Shown: positions 1-9,633, numbered from the stretch's first letter. The stretch: 64,000 nucleotides of DNA from an uncultured Chitinophaga sp. (GCA_964456225.1 CAYWAV010000001.1:100179-164178), one strand, 5' to 3'. The notes: generated from the letters alone by a model not told the origin. Program-made: numbers and translations.

Positions 1-927
1 CAAAAACTTGTAAAGATAGACGATGTGCTTTATGGTAAAACTGCACCGGGTTCTACAATGTATAAGAACAGTGAAGTGATTGTGCCTCCTTTTGTTATGA
101 GCAATTTTCCGGTTACGAATCTGGAGTACAAAACTTTTTTAGCCGACCTTGTGATGCAGGGAAGATTTGAAGACATGAAAAAATGTTTACCAAAAGAAGA
201 AGTATGGAAAGAATATGGTTGTAATAATTTGGCGAAAAATTATTTTTCAAATGAAATTTACAATGATTTTCCTGTGGTGAATATCAATACCAAAGCATGT
301 GCTATCTATTGCGAATGGCTGCAAGAAGAGTGTAATCAGGAGCTTGCGATATCAACTAAGAAATCAAAAACAAAAAGCACTGGTAAAAAGAAACAGGTGA
401 TAGTGCGACTGCCTTATGATTATGAATGGATTTATTCTGCCGATGCAGCTTATGCGCTCATTCCCGATTGTTCAGGATACAATACCATTTATGATCCCAG
501 CGAAGGTTTGGTGGATAAAGGGTTTTATAAACGTACTTCACAGGTGAATAAGATTGACAAGAGTAAAGAAACGCCAATGGATAAATTGTCGGATGTAAAC
601 CGTTTTGGAATGTCAGAAGAAGAGATCATTGCGATCTTCAAAAAAGCGATCAACTACAAAGATGTAAAATCAAAAAGCACAGGAAACCCTGCTGCCCCGG
701 AATCATACCCTGATAATATAGAAGCGTGTTGTTTGGCCGGACATGTGAGTGAACTCATCAAAAGCAAAGAAGGTGAAATGAAAGTGAGAGGTTGTTGCTG
801 GAAGGATAAGGAAGAATATTTGAAGATGATGGACGTTTACAATAAAAATGGCGCTTCACCATTTATTGGTTTCAGGGTGGTTATATTGAATACAGAAAGA
901 GGAAGTGATAAAGATCCTTTTTGGTAA
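1..927 (+). CDS. FGE/SUMF1 (formylglycine-generating enzyme family) domain protein, N-terminus outside window
   Basis: Frame 1 is open from nt 1 with no stop before the GTG at 25, so the ORF is cut by the window edge. Sulfatase-modifying-factor-like motifs are present (FPVTNLEYKTFL, RLPYDYEW, GFRVV). Confidence 0.6.
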   Translation, partial: QKLVKIDDVLYGKTAPGSTMYKNSEVIVPPFVMSNFPVTNLEYKTFLADLVMQGRFEDMKKCLPKEEVWKEYGCNNLAKNYFSNEIYNDFPVVNINTKACAIYCEWLQEECNQELAISTKKSKTKSTGKKKQVIVRLPYDYEWIYSADAAYALIPDCSGYNTIYDPSEGLVDKGFYKRTSQVNKIDKSKETPMDKLSDVNRFGMSEEEIIAIFKKAINYKDVKSKSTGNPAAPESYPDNIEACCLAGHVSELIKSKEGEMKVRGCCWKDKEEYLKMMDVYNKNGASPFIGFRVVILNTERGSDKDPFW

Positions 928-934
928 AAATTCA

Positions 935-2719
935 TTACATCCTTTCAGGAACTTCAATTCCCAACAATCCCATGCAGTTCTTAATTGCAATACCAATTGT
1001 ATTTGATAATTGCAAACGGAATAGAATTAAATCTTTTTGCTCTTCTTTTAAGATAGGAGTATCGTGGTAATATTGGCTGAATTCTTTTGCTAAATCGTAT
1101 GTATAGTTGGCTATTAATGCCGGACTCAATTCATTGGCTGCTTGTTGCAATACCGCATCAAAAGAATGTAGTTTTATTAGCAACTCTTTTTCCTTTGGTA
1201 ATAATGTTACGTTATGAGTAAATACATCAATGTTTTCAAAATCCCAACCCTCTTTTGCTTTACGTAACACTGCTTGTATTCTTACATAATTAAATTGTAT
1301 GAAAGGAGCAGTGTTTCCATTAAAGTCGATGGACTCGGCAGGATTGAAAAGCATTTTCTTTTTCGGATCGATTTTGAGCATAAAATATTTTAATGCTCCC
1401 AAGCCAATTGTTTTATACAAATGATTTGCTTCTTCTTCGGTTAAGCCTTCAACTTTTCCTAATGCTTTTGTTGTTTCAGCGGCAGTATCAATCATCACTT
1501 GCATTAAATCATCCGCATCCACCACTGTTCCTTCACGTGATTTCATTTTACCTTCCGGCAATTCAACCATTCCGTAGGATAAATGGTGTAAGTCGTTTGC
1601 CCATTCGTAACCTAATTTTTTAAGGATGAGAAACAATACTTTGAAATGATAATCTTGTTCGTTACCAACGGTATAAATCATTTTGGAAAAATGTACATGT
1701 TGTTGACGCAAAAGAGCTGTTCCCAAATCCTGAGTCATGTAAACAGAAGTTCCATCCGAACGCAACAAAGTTTTTTCGTCCAAGCCATCAGCGGTCAAAT
1801 CAATAAAAATAGATTTATCTGCACGTGTTTTCAAAACACCTTTTGAAAGTCCTGTATCAATAATTTCTTTTCCTAAAAGGTAGGTATTGCTTTCGTAATA
1901 AGTGCTATTGAAATCAACACCCATCATTTTGTAAGATGCATCAAATCCTTTGTATACCCAGCCGTTCATCATTTCCCACAAGTCGCGCACTTCTTTATCG
2001 TTTGCTTCCCATTTTTGCAACATTTCTTGAGCCTCTAACATCAAAGGCGCATTCTTTTTCGCATCTTCCTCCGTTTTTCCGTCCGCCATCAAACGTCCGA
2101 CTTCCGTCTTATACTGTTTATCAAACTCCACATAATATTTCCCAACCAAGTGATCGCCTTTCAATCCAGACGATTCAGGTGTTTCCCCATTTCCCAATTT
2201 CTGCCAAGCCAACATACTTTTGCAAATATGAATTCCACGATCGTTCACCACACTCGTCTTTACTACTTTGTTTCCTGCAGCAGTCAATATATTTGAAACA
2301 GAGTATCCTAATAGAATATTTCGCACATGTCCTAAATGCAAAGGTTTGTTGGTATTCGGAGAAGCGTATTCTACCATTACAGTAGCTGCATTTTCAGGAA
2401 CAGGTTTTATAAGTGATTTGCTATTAATCGTTTTAAAATAGTTGAGCCAGAATGAATCGGCAATCACCAAATTCAAAAATCCTTTTACTACATTAAAATC
2501 AGCTATTTCGGGAACATTGGCTTTTAGATAAGTTCCAATATCGTTGGCAGTATCTTCGGGTTTCTTTTTAGAAATTTTCGCAAAATTAAAAACGACAAGA
2601 GTTAAGTCGCCCGTAAAATCAGGATTTGTTTTTTCGAAAGCTATTTTATCAGACGAAGCACCGTAAAGCGATTGCAATGCTTCAGATGTTTTCTCCGTAA
2701 GTTTTTGTTCTAAGTTCAT
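935..2719 (-). CDS. argS: Arginine--tRNA ligase
   Basis: 594 aa. Class I synthetase HIGH-type motif (PLHLGHVRN), KMSK-type motif (GKMKSREG) and a C-terminal anticodon-binding DALR-like region. Confidence 0.95.
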   Translation of the reverse strand: MNLEQKLTEKTSEALQSLYGASSDKIAFEKTNPDFTGDLTLVVFNFAKISKKKPEDTANDIGTYLKANVPEIADFNVVKGFLNLVIADSFWLNYFKTINSKSLIKPVPENAATVMVEYASPNTNKPLHLGHVRNILLGYSVSNILTAAGNKVVKTSVVNDRGIHICKSMLAWQKLGNGETPESSGLKGDHLVGKYYVEFDKQYKTEVGRLMADGKTEEDAKKNAPLMLEAQEMLQKWEANDKEVRDLWEMMNGWVYKGFDASYKMMGVDFNSTYYESNTYLLGKEIIDTGLSKGVLKTRADKSIFIDLTADGLDEKTLLRSDGTSVYMTQDLGTALLRQQHVHFSKMIYTVGNEQDYHFKVLFLILKKLGYEWANDLHHLSYGMVELPEGKMKSREGTVVDADDLMQVMIDTAAETTKALGKVEGLTEEEANHLYKTIGLGALKYFMLKIDPKKKMLFNPAESIDFNGNTAPFIQFNYVRIQAVLRKAKEGWDFENIDVFTHNVTLLPKEKELLIKLHSFDAVLQQAANELSPALIANYTYDLAKEFSQYYHDTPILKEEQKDLILFRLQLSNTIGIAIKNCMGLLGIEVPERM

Positions 2720-2771
2720 TCTACTATTCTACTGTTTTCTTTTTACTTAATTACATAATCACTTATTCATC

Positions 2772-3716
2772 CTAATAAGTCAACTGACTCACCACTTTCT
2801 GCAATATCTCAAAAGTATTCTCCGCCATTAAATTCTCCTTATCAAGTGTAGGGTTTACTTCGCAAATCTCGAAGCAACAAACTTTTTGGTTTTGGATAAG
2901 GCGGACACATAAACTTCCGGCTTCCTTTTCTGTTATTCCGTTACGAACAGGAGTACCCGTTCCTTTCGAAATAGAGGAATCCATACTATCTACATCAAAC
3001 GAAACATAAATATGGGTACAATTACTTAAGTGAGCCAAAGTATCGCGGGCAATTTTCTCCACTCCGTTACGCTTTACCTCAGCAGTGGTGAAGGTTTTGA
3101 TTTTGTGTTTCTTTAATAAATAGGTTTCTTCGGGCTCAACGTCTCTTACTCCAATGTAAACCAGATCGTTGTAAGAAATTTTTGGAGCAATTCCACCAAT
3201 TTTCTTTAAACGGTTCCATAAATCAATCGTGTCCTTATCGGGTTTATTCATTTTATTAGCCGTATTGTCTTCGTTTAATGAAACGGCAATCGGCATACCG
3301 TGCATGTTTCCGGATGGGGAAGTGTACGGGCTGTGAATGTCAGCATGTGCATCAATCCAAATAACGCCCAATTTACTTTTTGGGTAAGCTATTTTGATTC
3401 CGGCAATGGTTCCGCCAGCAGTACTGTGATCGCCAGCAAGCACAATTGGGAAATTATTCTTCTTTAAAGTCTGGGAAACCTGGTTGGCAATACGCTCGTA
3501 AATGGCTAAAATACCTGCAATACGTTTGGCATGCTGGTACTTTGTTGGTTCAAACAACAGCTGGTTTTCCACCTTTACTTCAATAGATTCAATCTGTTTA
3601 AACATATTACTTCCATAATCGAGTGCTGCTATTTTAATTGCATCCACACCCATACTTGCGCCACGGGTTCCAGCTCCGATTTCGGACTTTACTTCTATAA
3701 ACTTTAAATTTTTCAT
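2772..3716 (-). CDS. Ureohydrolase (arginase/agmatinase/formimidoylglutamase family)
   Basis: 314 aa with the Mn-binding motifs of the arginase fold (GDHS, DAHADIH, SFDVDSMD). Divergent from an arginine-decarboxylase-like gene, so agmatinase is plausible. Confidence 0.8.
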   Translation of the reverse strand: MKNLKFIEVKSEIGAGTRGASMGVDAIKIAALDYGSNMFKQIESIEVKVENQLLFEPTKYQHAKRIAGILAIYERIANQVSQTLKKNNFPIVLAGDHSTAGGTIAGIKIAYPKSKLGVIWIDAHADIHSPYTSPSGNMHGMPIAVSLNEDNTANKMNKPDKDTIDLWNRLKKIGGIAPKISYNDLVYIGVRDVEPEETYLLKKHKIKTFTTAEVKRNGVEKIARDTLAHLSNCTHIYVSFDVDSMDSSISKGTGTPVRNGITEKEAGSLCVRLIQNQKVCCFEICEVNPTLDKENLMAENTFEILQKVVSQLTY

Positions 3717-3830
3717 CTGAATTACTTTATATATAGCACCTATAAACTTTTATTGCCTGTTTAGTCGATTCTTAGTTAAATGTTGATTTAAATCACTTAC
3801 TTTGCTTATAATTTATCAATGTAAGTTACT

Positions 3831-3838
3831 TACATTTG
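3831..3838 (+). promoter_or_regulatory. Candidate Bacteroidota sigma-A -7 box (TACATTTG)
   Basis: Exact match to the TAnnTTTG consensus, 27 nt upstream of the 3865 start. The only upstream TTTG (3801-3804) is spaced rather far. Confidence 0.4.
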
Positions 3839-3864
3839 CTTTTTATATTTAAATCCCCTTAAAC

Positions 3865-5262
3865 ATGGAGAATACATACCGCGATTTAATTCAACAAACC
3901 TTTGATTTTCCTCAGGAAGGGTTTAATGTTGAAGATGATAGTCTACATTTTAATGATATTCCTTTGATGGATATTATCAAGCAATACGGAACACCCCTTA
4001 AAATCTCCTATCTGCCAAAGATCAGCTCCCAAATCCAAAAAGCCAAGAAAATATTCAATGTGGCTATGGCTAAAGCCGATTACAAGGGCAAATATACATA
4101 TTGTTATTGTACTAAGAGCTCTCATTTCCAATTTGTATTGGAAGAAGTGCTTAAAAACGATATTCATTTAGAAACCTCATCAGCCTTTGATGTGCCTCTG
4201 GTAAGGGCTTTGTATGATGCTGGAAAAATTTCTAAAGAGACCTATATCATCAACAATGGATATAAACGACCTAACTATTTAAAGTATATAAGTGAGTTGG
4301 TGAACGATGGTTTTGTGAATTCTATTCCCATTCTGGATAACACCAATGAACTCCCTTTGCTTGAAAAACTATGCAAAAACAAGTTTAAAATTGGTATTCG
4401 GGTAGCAACGGATGAAGAGCCTAAGTTTGAGTTTTACACTTCCAGGTTAGGTATTCGTCAAGCTTCTATCATAGATTATTACAATAAAAGCATCAAGAAT
4501 AGCACAAAGTGCGAACTTAAAATGCTCCATTTCTTTATCAATACGGGTATTAAAGACACAACTTATTACTGGTCGGAGTTAACAAAATGTATCAATGTAT
4601 ACTGTGATTTGAAGAAAGTTTGTCCTTCTTTGGACTCTTTAGATATAGGCGGAGGCTTCCCAATTCGTACATCTTTGAGTTTTAATTACGATTATGGATA
4701 CATGGCGGATGAGATTATTCAAAAGATAAAGAACATTTGTGAAGAGCGTGGAGTAGAAGAGCCACATATTTTTACCGAATTCGGAAGTTTTACTGTTGGC
4801 GAAAGTGGTGCCGCTTTGTATTCGATAGTTGACATTAAGAAGCAGAACGACAATGAGTTATGGTATATGATTGATAGTTCTTTTATTACTACTTTACCAG
4901 ATACTTGGGGCATCAAGCAAAAGTTTATTTTGTTAGCAGTAAATCATTGGGAAAAGGATTATCAACGGGTAAATTTAGGTGGATTAACTTGCGATAGTGA
5001 AGATTATTACAATGCCGAATCACATCTGAATCAGGTATATATGCCGATTGTTCATGAAAAACAGAAAGAGCCATTGTATTTAGGATTTTTTCACACTGGC
5101 GCTTATCAGGAATCGCTTGGTGGTTATGGAGGAATTCAGCATTGTTTGATTCCTGCACCTAAACATGTTATTATTGATATAGATGACGATGGGGAAATAC
5201 ACACACATTTATTTGCGAAAGAACAGAGCTTTAAGTCGATGCTAAAAACCCTAGGCTATTAG
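3865..5262 (+). CDS. speA: Fold-type III PLP-dependent decarboxylase, probable arginine decarboxylase
   Basis: 465 aa with Orn/DAP/Arg decarboxylase motifs (LDIGGGFP, GGLTCDSEDYY, FHTGAYQ). Paired with a ureohydrolase. Confidence 0.75.
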   Translation: MENTYRDLIQQTFDFPQEGFNVEDDSLHFNDIPLMDIIKQYGTPLKISYLPKISSQIQKAKKIFNVAMAKADYKGKYTYCYCTKSSHFQFVLEEVLKNDIHLETSSAFDVPLVRALYDAGKISKETYIINNGYKRPNYLKYISELVNDGFVNSIPILDNTNELPLLEKLCKNKFKIGIRVATDEEPKFEFYTSRLGIRQASIIDYYNKSIKNSTKCELKMLHFFINTGIKDTTYYWSELTKCINVYCDLKKVCPSLDSLDIGGGFPIRTSLSFNYDYGYMADEIIQKIKNICEERGVEEPHIFTEFGSFTVGESGAALYSIVDIKKQNDNELWYMIDSSFITTLPDTWGIKQKFILLAVNHWEKDYQRVNLGGLTCDSEDYYNAESHLNQVYMPIVHEKQKEPLYLGFFHTGAYQESLGGYGGIQHCLIPAPKHVIIDIDDDGEIHTHLFAKEQSFKSMLKTLGY

Positions 5263-5380
5263 GATTTTTTTAAAAAAGCACTTTTTTTTTGCCATTATCA
5301 TTTAATCGTTATCTTTAGCAACTTAATCGGCAAAAATTGCTTGTTAAAAAGAAGAAAGCATAAACTACTCCTAGATTATT

Positions 5381-6076
5381 TTGATGAAAAAAAGAAATTG
5401 GCTTATTATCATTCTTGCAATAATAATCATTCTGCTTTGCTTAATGTTTTGTGGGAAATGTAATACGGGTGGTGGAAAAGTTGGTGATGAAGGGACAATT
5501 GAATACACTGCATCTGTTGTAGACCAGGCTAATCCTATGGCTGGCTTAGCTCCTAGCAAAATGATTATCAAGTTCAAAAATAATAAGTCTTGTGCCGAAA
5601 TGAGCGCAGGGATGGGACTTTTTAGTACTTCTTTTATTTCTGATCCAGAGAAAAAAACATTGACTCAATTAGTTAAGCTTTTAAATAAAAAACTTTCCCT
5701 TGTGTTAAACGCTGCTCAAATAGAAAAAGAAAATGCGGCTTATAAATTCGATTTAACTCCTCTGAAAGGCGAAAAAATGATTGCAGGATACAAATGCAAA
5801 AGCGCACATGTAAAAATGCACGATGACTTTGAAACCGAATTTGATATTTTTTATACTACCGACTTAAAAATTGACAAACCAAATTTTGCTAATCCATTTC
5901 ACATGATTGATGGTGTGTTAATGGAATATCAAATGAAAAAATTCGGGCTCGAGATGAAGTTTACTGCCAAATCAGTAAAAAATGAGGCGATTGATGATGC
6001 AGCATTTGAGCTTCCTGCCGAATACAAAGCTGTATCAGCTGAAGAAATGAATACGTTATTCGAACAATTACAATAA
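5381..6076 (+). CDS. Hypothetical lipoprotein, tandem paralog A (distant GLPGLI-like)
   Basis: Signal/lipobox-like N-terminus (LLCLMFCGKC). Shares IAGYKCK..., F.IFYTT and a C-terminal FEL motif with the next ORF. Confidence 0.6.
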   Translation: MMKKRNWLIIILAIIIILLCLMFCGKCNTGGGKVGDEGTIEYTASVVDQANPMAGLAPSKMIIKFKNNKSCAEMSAGMGLFSTSFISDPEKKTLTQLVKLLNKKLSLVLNAAQIEKENAAYKFDLTPLKGEKMIAGYKCKSAHVKMHDDFETEFDIFYTTDLKIDKPNFANPFHMIDGVLMEYQMKKFGLEMKFTAKSVKNEAIDDAAFELPAEYKAVSAEEMNTLFEQLQ

Positions 6077-6092
6077 TCTAAAATTTATTCTG

Positions 6093-6758
6093 ATGAAAAA
6101 ACTAATAGTAGCAATAAGCATTGCTTTGTTTTCTGCAATTGATTTAACTGCTCAAACTTTTGAAGGAGTAGTGGTCTATACGATTTCTTTCGAAAATTCC
6201 GGTCTGCCTGTAGAAGCTATTGCGATGTTGAAAGGCGCAGAGTCTGCTGTATATATAAAAGGAGATAAGCGGAGAATAGATATGAATACAGCTATGCAAA
6301 GCACATCTACACTTATTGATAATAAAGCAAAAACGGTGATGATGACAATGGACATCATGGGACAAAAATATTTGATAAAAATGAATGATTCGGACTTGAA
6401 AAAAGAGAAAGAAACAGCTCCAACTACTACAATCAAATATCTTGATGAAACCAAAGTGATTGCAGGTTACAAATGCAAAAAAGCGGAGGTGACAATAAAA
6501 ACGAAAGAAGGTGTAGAGGATACATTTATCGTTTTTTATACGACTGAAATTCCGGTGAATGAAACGAAAACCACTTTCGAAGGATTAAACGGCTTCCCTT
6601 TGGAATACAATATTGCACAAGGCGGCATCAAAATGACTTTTTCTACCAAAAGCATTGAAAAATCACCCATTCCAGATTCAAAATTCGAATTGGACAAGGA
6701 AGGTTATAAAGAAACAACTTTACAAGAGCTTCAGAAGTCGATGATGGGCGAGCAGTAG
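6093..6758 (+). CDS. Hypothetical secreted protein, tandem paralog B (distant GLPGLI-like)
   Basis: Signal peptide, then IAGYKCKKAEV, FIVFYTTEIP and GLNGFPLEY, collinear with paralog A. Confidence 0.6.
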   Translation: MKKLIVAISIALFSAIDLTAQTFEGVVVYTISFENSGLPVEAIAMLKGAESAVYIKGDKRRIDMNTAMQSTSTLIDNKAKTVMMTMDIMGQKYLIKMNDSDLKKEKETAPTTTIKYLDETKVIAGYKCKKAEVTIKTKEGVEDTFIVFYTTEIPVNETKTTFEGLNGFPLEYNIAQGGIKMTFSTKSIEKSPIPDSKFELDKEGYKETTLQELQKSMMGEQ

Positions 6759-6763
6759 GTAAA

Positions 6764-6806
6764 GTAAGTTAAGTAGGGAAATAAGTTAAGTAGGGAAGTA
6801 AGTTAA
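6764..6806. repeat. Tandem 17-bp repeat (R)TAAGTTAAGTAGGGAA x2.5, stop-codon-dense trailer
   Basis: gtaagttaagtagggaa / ataagttaagtagggaa / gtaagttaa lies directly after the 6758 stop. All three frames close within about 20 nt. Confidence 0.85.
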
Positions 6807-7029
6807 TTATGGTAAATAAAGGAAGTACTGGTACAATAACCTAGTCAGCTAGTCACCCAGTTACCTATTAACAATCCTACGTTTATAAGATTTTGACTTC
6901 CAGAGAGTATACCCTTCCTCATTTAGTAATTTTATTGCAAATTAAATTGTCATTTCAAAATATCTAGAAAACTAGATATGAGAAAATAATAATTTTCAAT
7001 TTTTAATTTTCCAATTTGCAATTAAAAAA

Positions 7030-9564
7030 ATGGCTGAGCCTAAAAAAAATACTGTTAAAAATACTTTAAAAGAAAAAGAAGAGGTTGTTGATGCCAAAAA
7101 TTCCAAAGAGCCCAAAGCTAAAAAGGAAAAAAATGTTGACGATCCTAATAAAGTTTCTTTCTTCGAAAAAATAAATAATTTATTTGCTTTTGCTCAAAAC
7201 GAGCGCTTTCAAAAAATTGTCGGACTTTCTCTTTTGCTTTTATCCATCTACACGGCTATTGCTTTTACCTCTTTTTTATTCACCTGGCAAACCGATCAAG
7301 ATAAAGTAATGGGGAATTTATTTGCAGCCGATGCGGTAGTGAATAATTGGCTCGGAAAATTTGGCGCATTAATCGCGCATGTGTTTATTCATAAATGGTT
7401 TGGTGTTGCTTCTTATGTCTTCTCTTTCTTAGCATTAATTTCAGGTATCCGAATTACATTCAATTTAGAATTATTAAATCTCAAAAAAACATACATCAAC
7501 TCATTTGTCTTTTTGATTTTTGTTTCAGTCGCACTCGGATACGTTTTTCACGATGCGTTATTTTATTTAGGCGGAGCATTTGGATTCACAATCAGCAATC
7601 AGTTGAATGCAGCTATCGGATTTGTTGGAACCGGAGTTTTACTTTGTTTTGTTTTGTTAGTTTATTTAGTAGCCGCATTTAATATTTCATTCGACTTAAG
7701 TAAAAAAGATCCGATTGATGAAAATACTTCGACTCCGCTCAGTGTGACGGAAAAATTAGAAGAAATCGAAGAAAAAGAAGTGCCCCTGAACACCTTCAAG
7801 GAAATGGAAATTGTGACGAATGAGGAGGAGCCTGTTGCTCAGGACTTGGAAATTACAAATGAGGAAAAGCACGACATTGTTGAAGAGGTTGTAAAACTAG
7901 TAGAAGTGGAAAAGCCATTAGAAATTGAAAAACCTGTTGTGCTTTCTACTGACGAGAACGGAGTGCAATTTACAGTTGAAAAAATAGAAGGAAAAGAACA
8001 AGAATTAACTCCTGAACAAATAGCTGCTGCATTGGTTGAACAAGTGGGTGAATACGATTCAACACTTGATTTAGGAACCTATCAATTTCCACCATTGGAT
8101 TTATTGGAAAATTATGGCGGTTCAAAAGATATTGTTATCAATACCGAAGAGCTGAATGCCAACAAAGATCGAATTCTAAAAACACTAAGCGATTACGGAA
8201 TCGAAATTGATAAAATCAAAGCAACCGTTGGTCCTACTGTAACACTGTACGAAATTATTCCGGCTGCCGGTGTGCGTATTTCTAAAATTAAAAACTTAGA
8301 AGATGATATTGCTTTATCTCTTTCTGCATTAGGAATTCGTATCATAGCACCAATACCGGGAAAAGGAACAGTAGGAATTGAAGTTCCAAACTTAAATCCC
8401 GAAATGGTTCCGATGCGCACACTCATTGCATCCGAAAAATTTCAAAACACTACCATGGATTTACCAATTGCATTAGGTAAAACCATCAGTAACGAAACAT
8501 TTATTACCGATTTGGCAAAAATGCCGCACTTGTTGATGGCAGGAGCAACCGGACAAGGTAAATCGGTTGGATTAAATGCGGTGTTGGTTTCTTTACTTTA
8601 CAAAAAGCATCCATCACAAATTAAGTTTGTGTTGGTGGATCCTAAAAAAGTAGAGTTGACTTTGTTTAATAAAATTGAACGTCACTTTTTAGCAAAGCTT
8701 CCAGATAGTGCAGAAGCGATTATAACGGATACAAAAAAAGTAATTCATACGCTTAACTCTTTGTGTATTGAAATGGATCAACGTTATGACCTTTTGAAAG
8801 AAGCACAAGTGCGTAACATTAAAGAATACAATACCAAGTTTATAGCACGTAAACTAAATCCGAATAACGGACATAAGTTTTTACCATATATTGTTTTGGT
8901 TGTTGATGAGTTTGCCGATTTGATTATGACTGCAGGAAAAGAAGTGGAAACACCCATTGCCAGATTGGCACAACTTGCCCGAGCGATTGGTATTCACTTG
9001 ATTATTGCAACTCAACGTCCTTCAGTAAACATCATCACAGGAACAATCAAAGCCAATTTTCCGGCACGTATTGCTTTTAGAGTAACCTCTAAAATAGATT
9101 CGCGTACCATTTTAGATTCAGGTGGAGCCGATCAGTTGATTGGTAGAGGTGATATGTTACTTTCTACGGGTAACGACCTTATTCGTTTGCAATGTGCATT
9201 TGTAGATACTCCTGAAGTAGACAAAATTTGTGATTTTATTGGAAGTCAGCGTAGCTACCCAACAGCCTTTATGTTACCCGAATATGTGGATGAAAATGGT
9301 GAAGGAAGTGGTAAAATGGATGATCCATCCGAAAGAGATGCCTTGTTTAATCAAGCAGCCGAAATAGTGGTTTCTACTCAGCAAGGTTCTGCGTCATTGC
9401 TGCAACGTAGACTTAAATTAGGCTATAACCGAGCAGGGCGTATTATTGACCAGTTGGAGTCCGCTGGAATCATTGGCCAGTTTGAAGGTTCAAAAGCCCG
9501 CGAAGTACTTATTAAGGATATGTTATCTTTGGAACAGTTTTTGAATAAGCCTCAGGGTGAATAA
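7030..9564 (+). CDS. ftsK: DNA translocase FtsK/SpoIIIE
   Basis: 844 aa. N-terminal TM helices, an acidic linker, a motor domain with Walker A GATGQGKS and Walker B VVDEFADL, and a gamma winged-helix tail (LLQRRLKLGYNRAGRIIDQLE). Confidence 0.95.
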   Translation: MAEPKKNTVKNTLKEKEEVVDAKNSKEPKAKKEKNVDDPNKVSFFEKINNLFAFAQNERFQKIVGLSLLLLSIYTAIAFTSFLFTWQTDQDKVMGNLFAADAVVNNWLGKFGALIAHVFIHKWFGVASYVFSFLALISGIRITFNLELLNLKKTYINSFVFLIFVSVALGYVFHDALFYLGGAFGFTISNQLNAAIGFVGTGVLLCFVLLVYLVAAFNISFDLSKKDPIDENTSTPLSVTEKLEEIEEKEVPLNTFKEMEIVTNEEEPVAQDLEITNEEKHDIVEEVVKLVEVEKPLEIEKPVVLSTDENGVQFTVEKIEGKEQELTPEQIAAALVEQVGEYDSTLDLGTYQFPPLDLLENYGGSKDIVINTEELNANKDRILKTLSDYGIEIDKIKATVGPTVTLYEIIPAAGVRISKIKNLEDDIALSLSALGIRIIAPIPGKGTVGIEVPNLNPEMVPMRTLIASEKFQNTTMDLPIALGKTISNETFITDLAKMPHLLMAGATGQGKSVGLNAVLVSLLYKKHPSQIKFVLVDPKKVELTLFNKIERHFLAKLPDSAEAIITDTKKVIHTLNSLCIEMDQRYDLLKEAQVRNIKEYNTKFIARKLNPNNGHKFLPYIVLVVDEFADLIMTAGKEVETPIARLAQLARAIGIHLIIATQRPSVNIITGTIKANFPARIAFRVTSKIDSRTILDSGGADQLIGRGDMLLSTGNDLIRLQCAFVDTPEVDKICDFIGSQRSYPTAFMLPEYVDENGEGSGKMDDPSERDALFNQAAEIVVSTQQGSASLLQRRLKLGYNRAGRIIDQLESAGIIGQFEGSKAREVLIKDMLSLEQFLNKPQGE
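7727..7748. repeat. REP-A repeat copy embedded in frame in the ftsK linker
   Basis: cttcgactccgctcagtgtgac is identical over 22 nt to 13121..13142, which is intergenic. Here it encodes STPLSVT. Confidence 0.85.
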
Positions 9565-9622
9565 GTGATTGGGTGACTAAGTAACTGGGTGATTAAGTGA
9601 TTGAGGGATGAGGTGACTAGGT
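9563..9622. repeat. Stop-word spacer (GTGATT/GGGTGA/TAAGTAA words)
   Basis: aagtgattgggtgactaagtaactgggtgattaagtgattgagggatgaggtgactaggta. Related to 29971..30006 (inverted), 6841..6866 (inverted) and 2745..2771 (inverted). Confidence 0.8.
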
Positions 9623-9633
9623 ATTATACGGAG

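Noticed and set aside
6764-6806. Possible CRISPR array (also the tandem units at 25211..25240 and 9634..9659)
   Set aside because: There are only 2-2.5 directly abutting copies of 13-17-bp units with no spacers, and no cas genes in the window. These are simple tandem duplications, not CRISPR.
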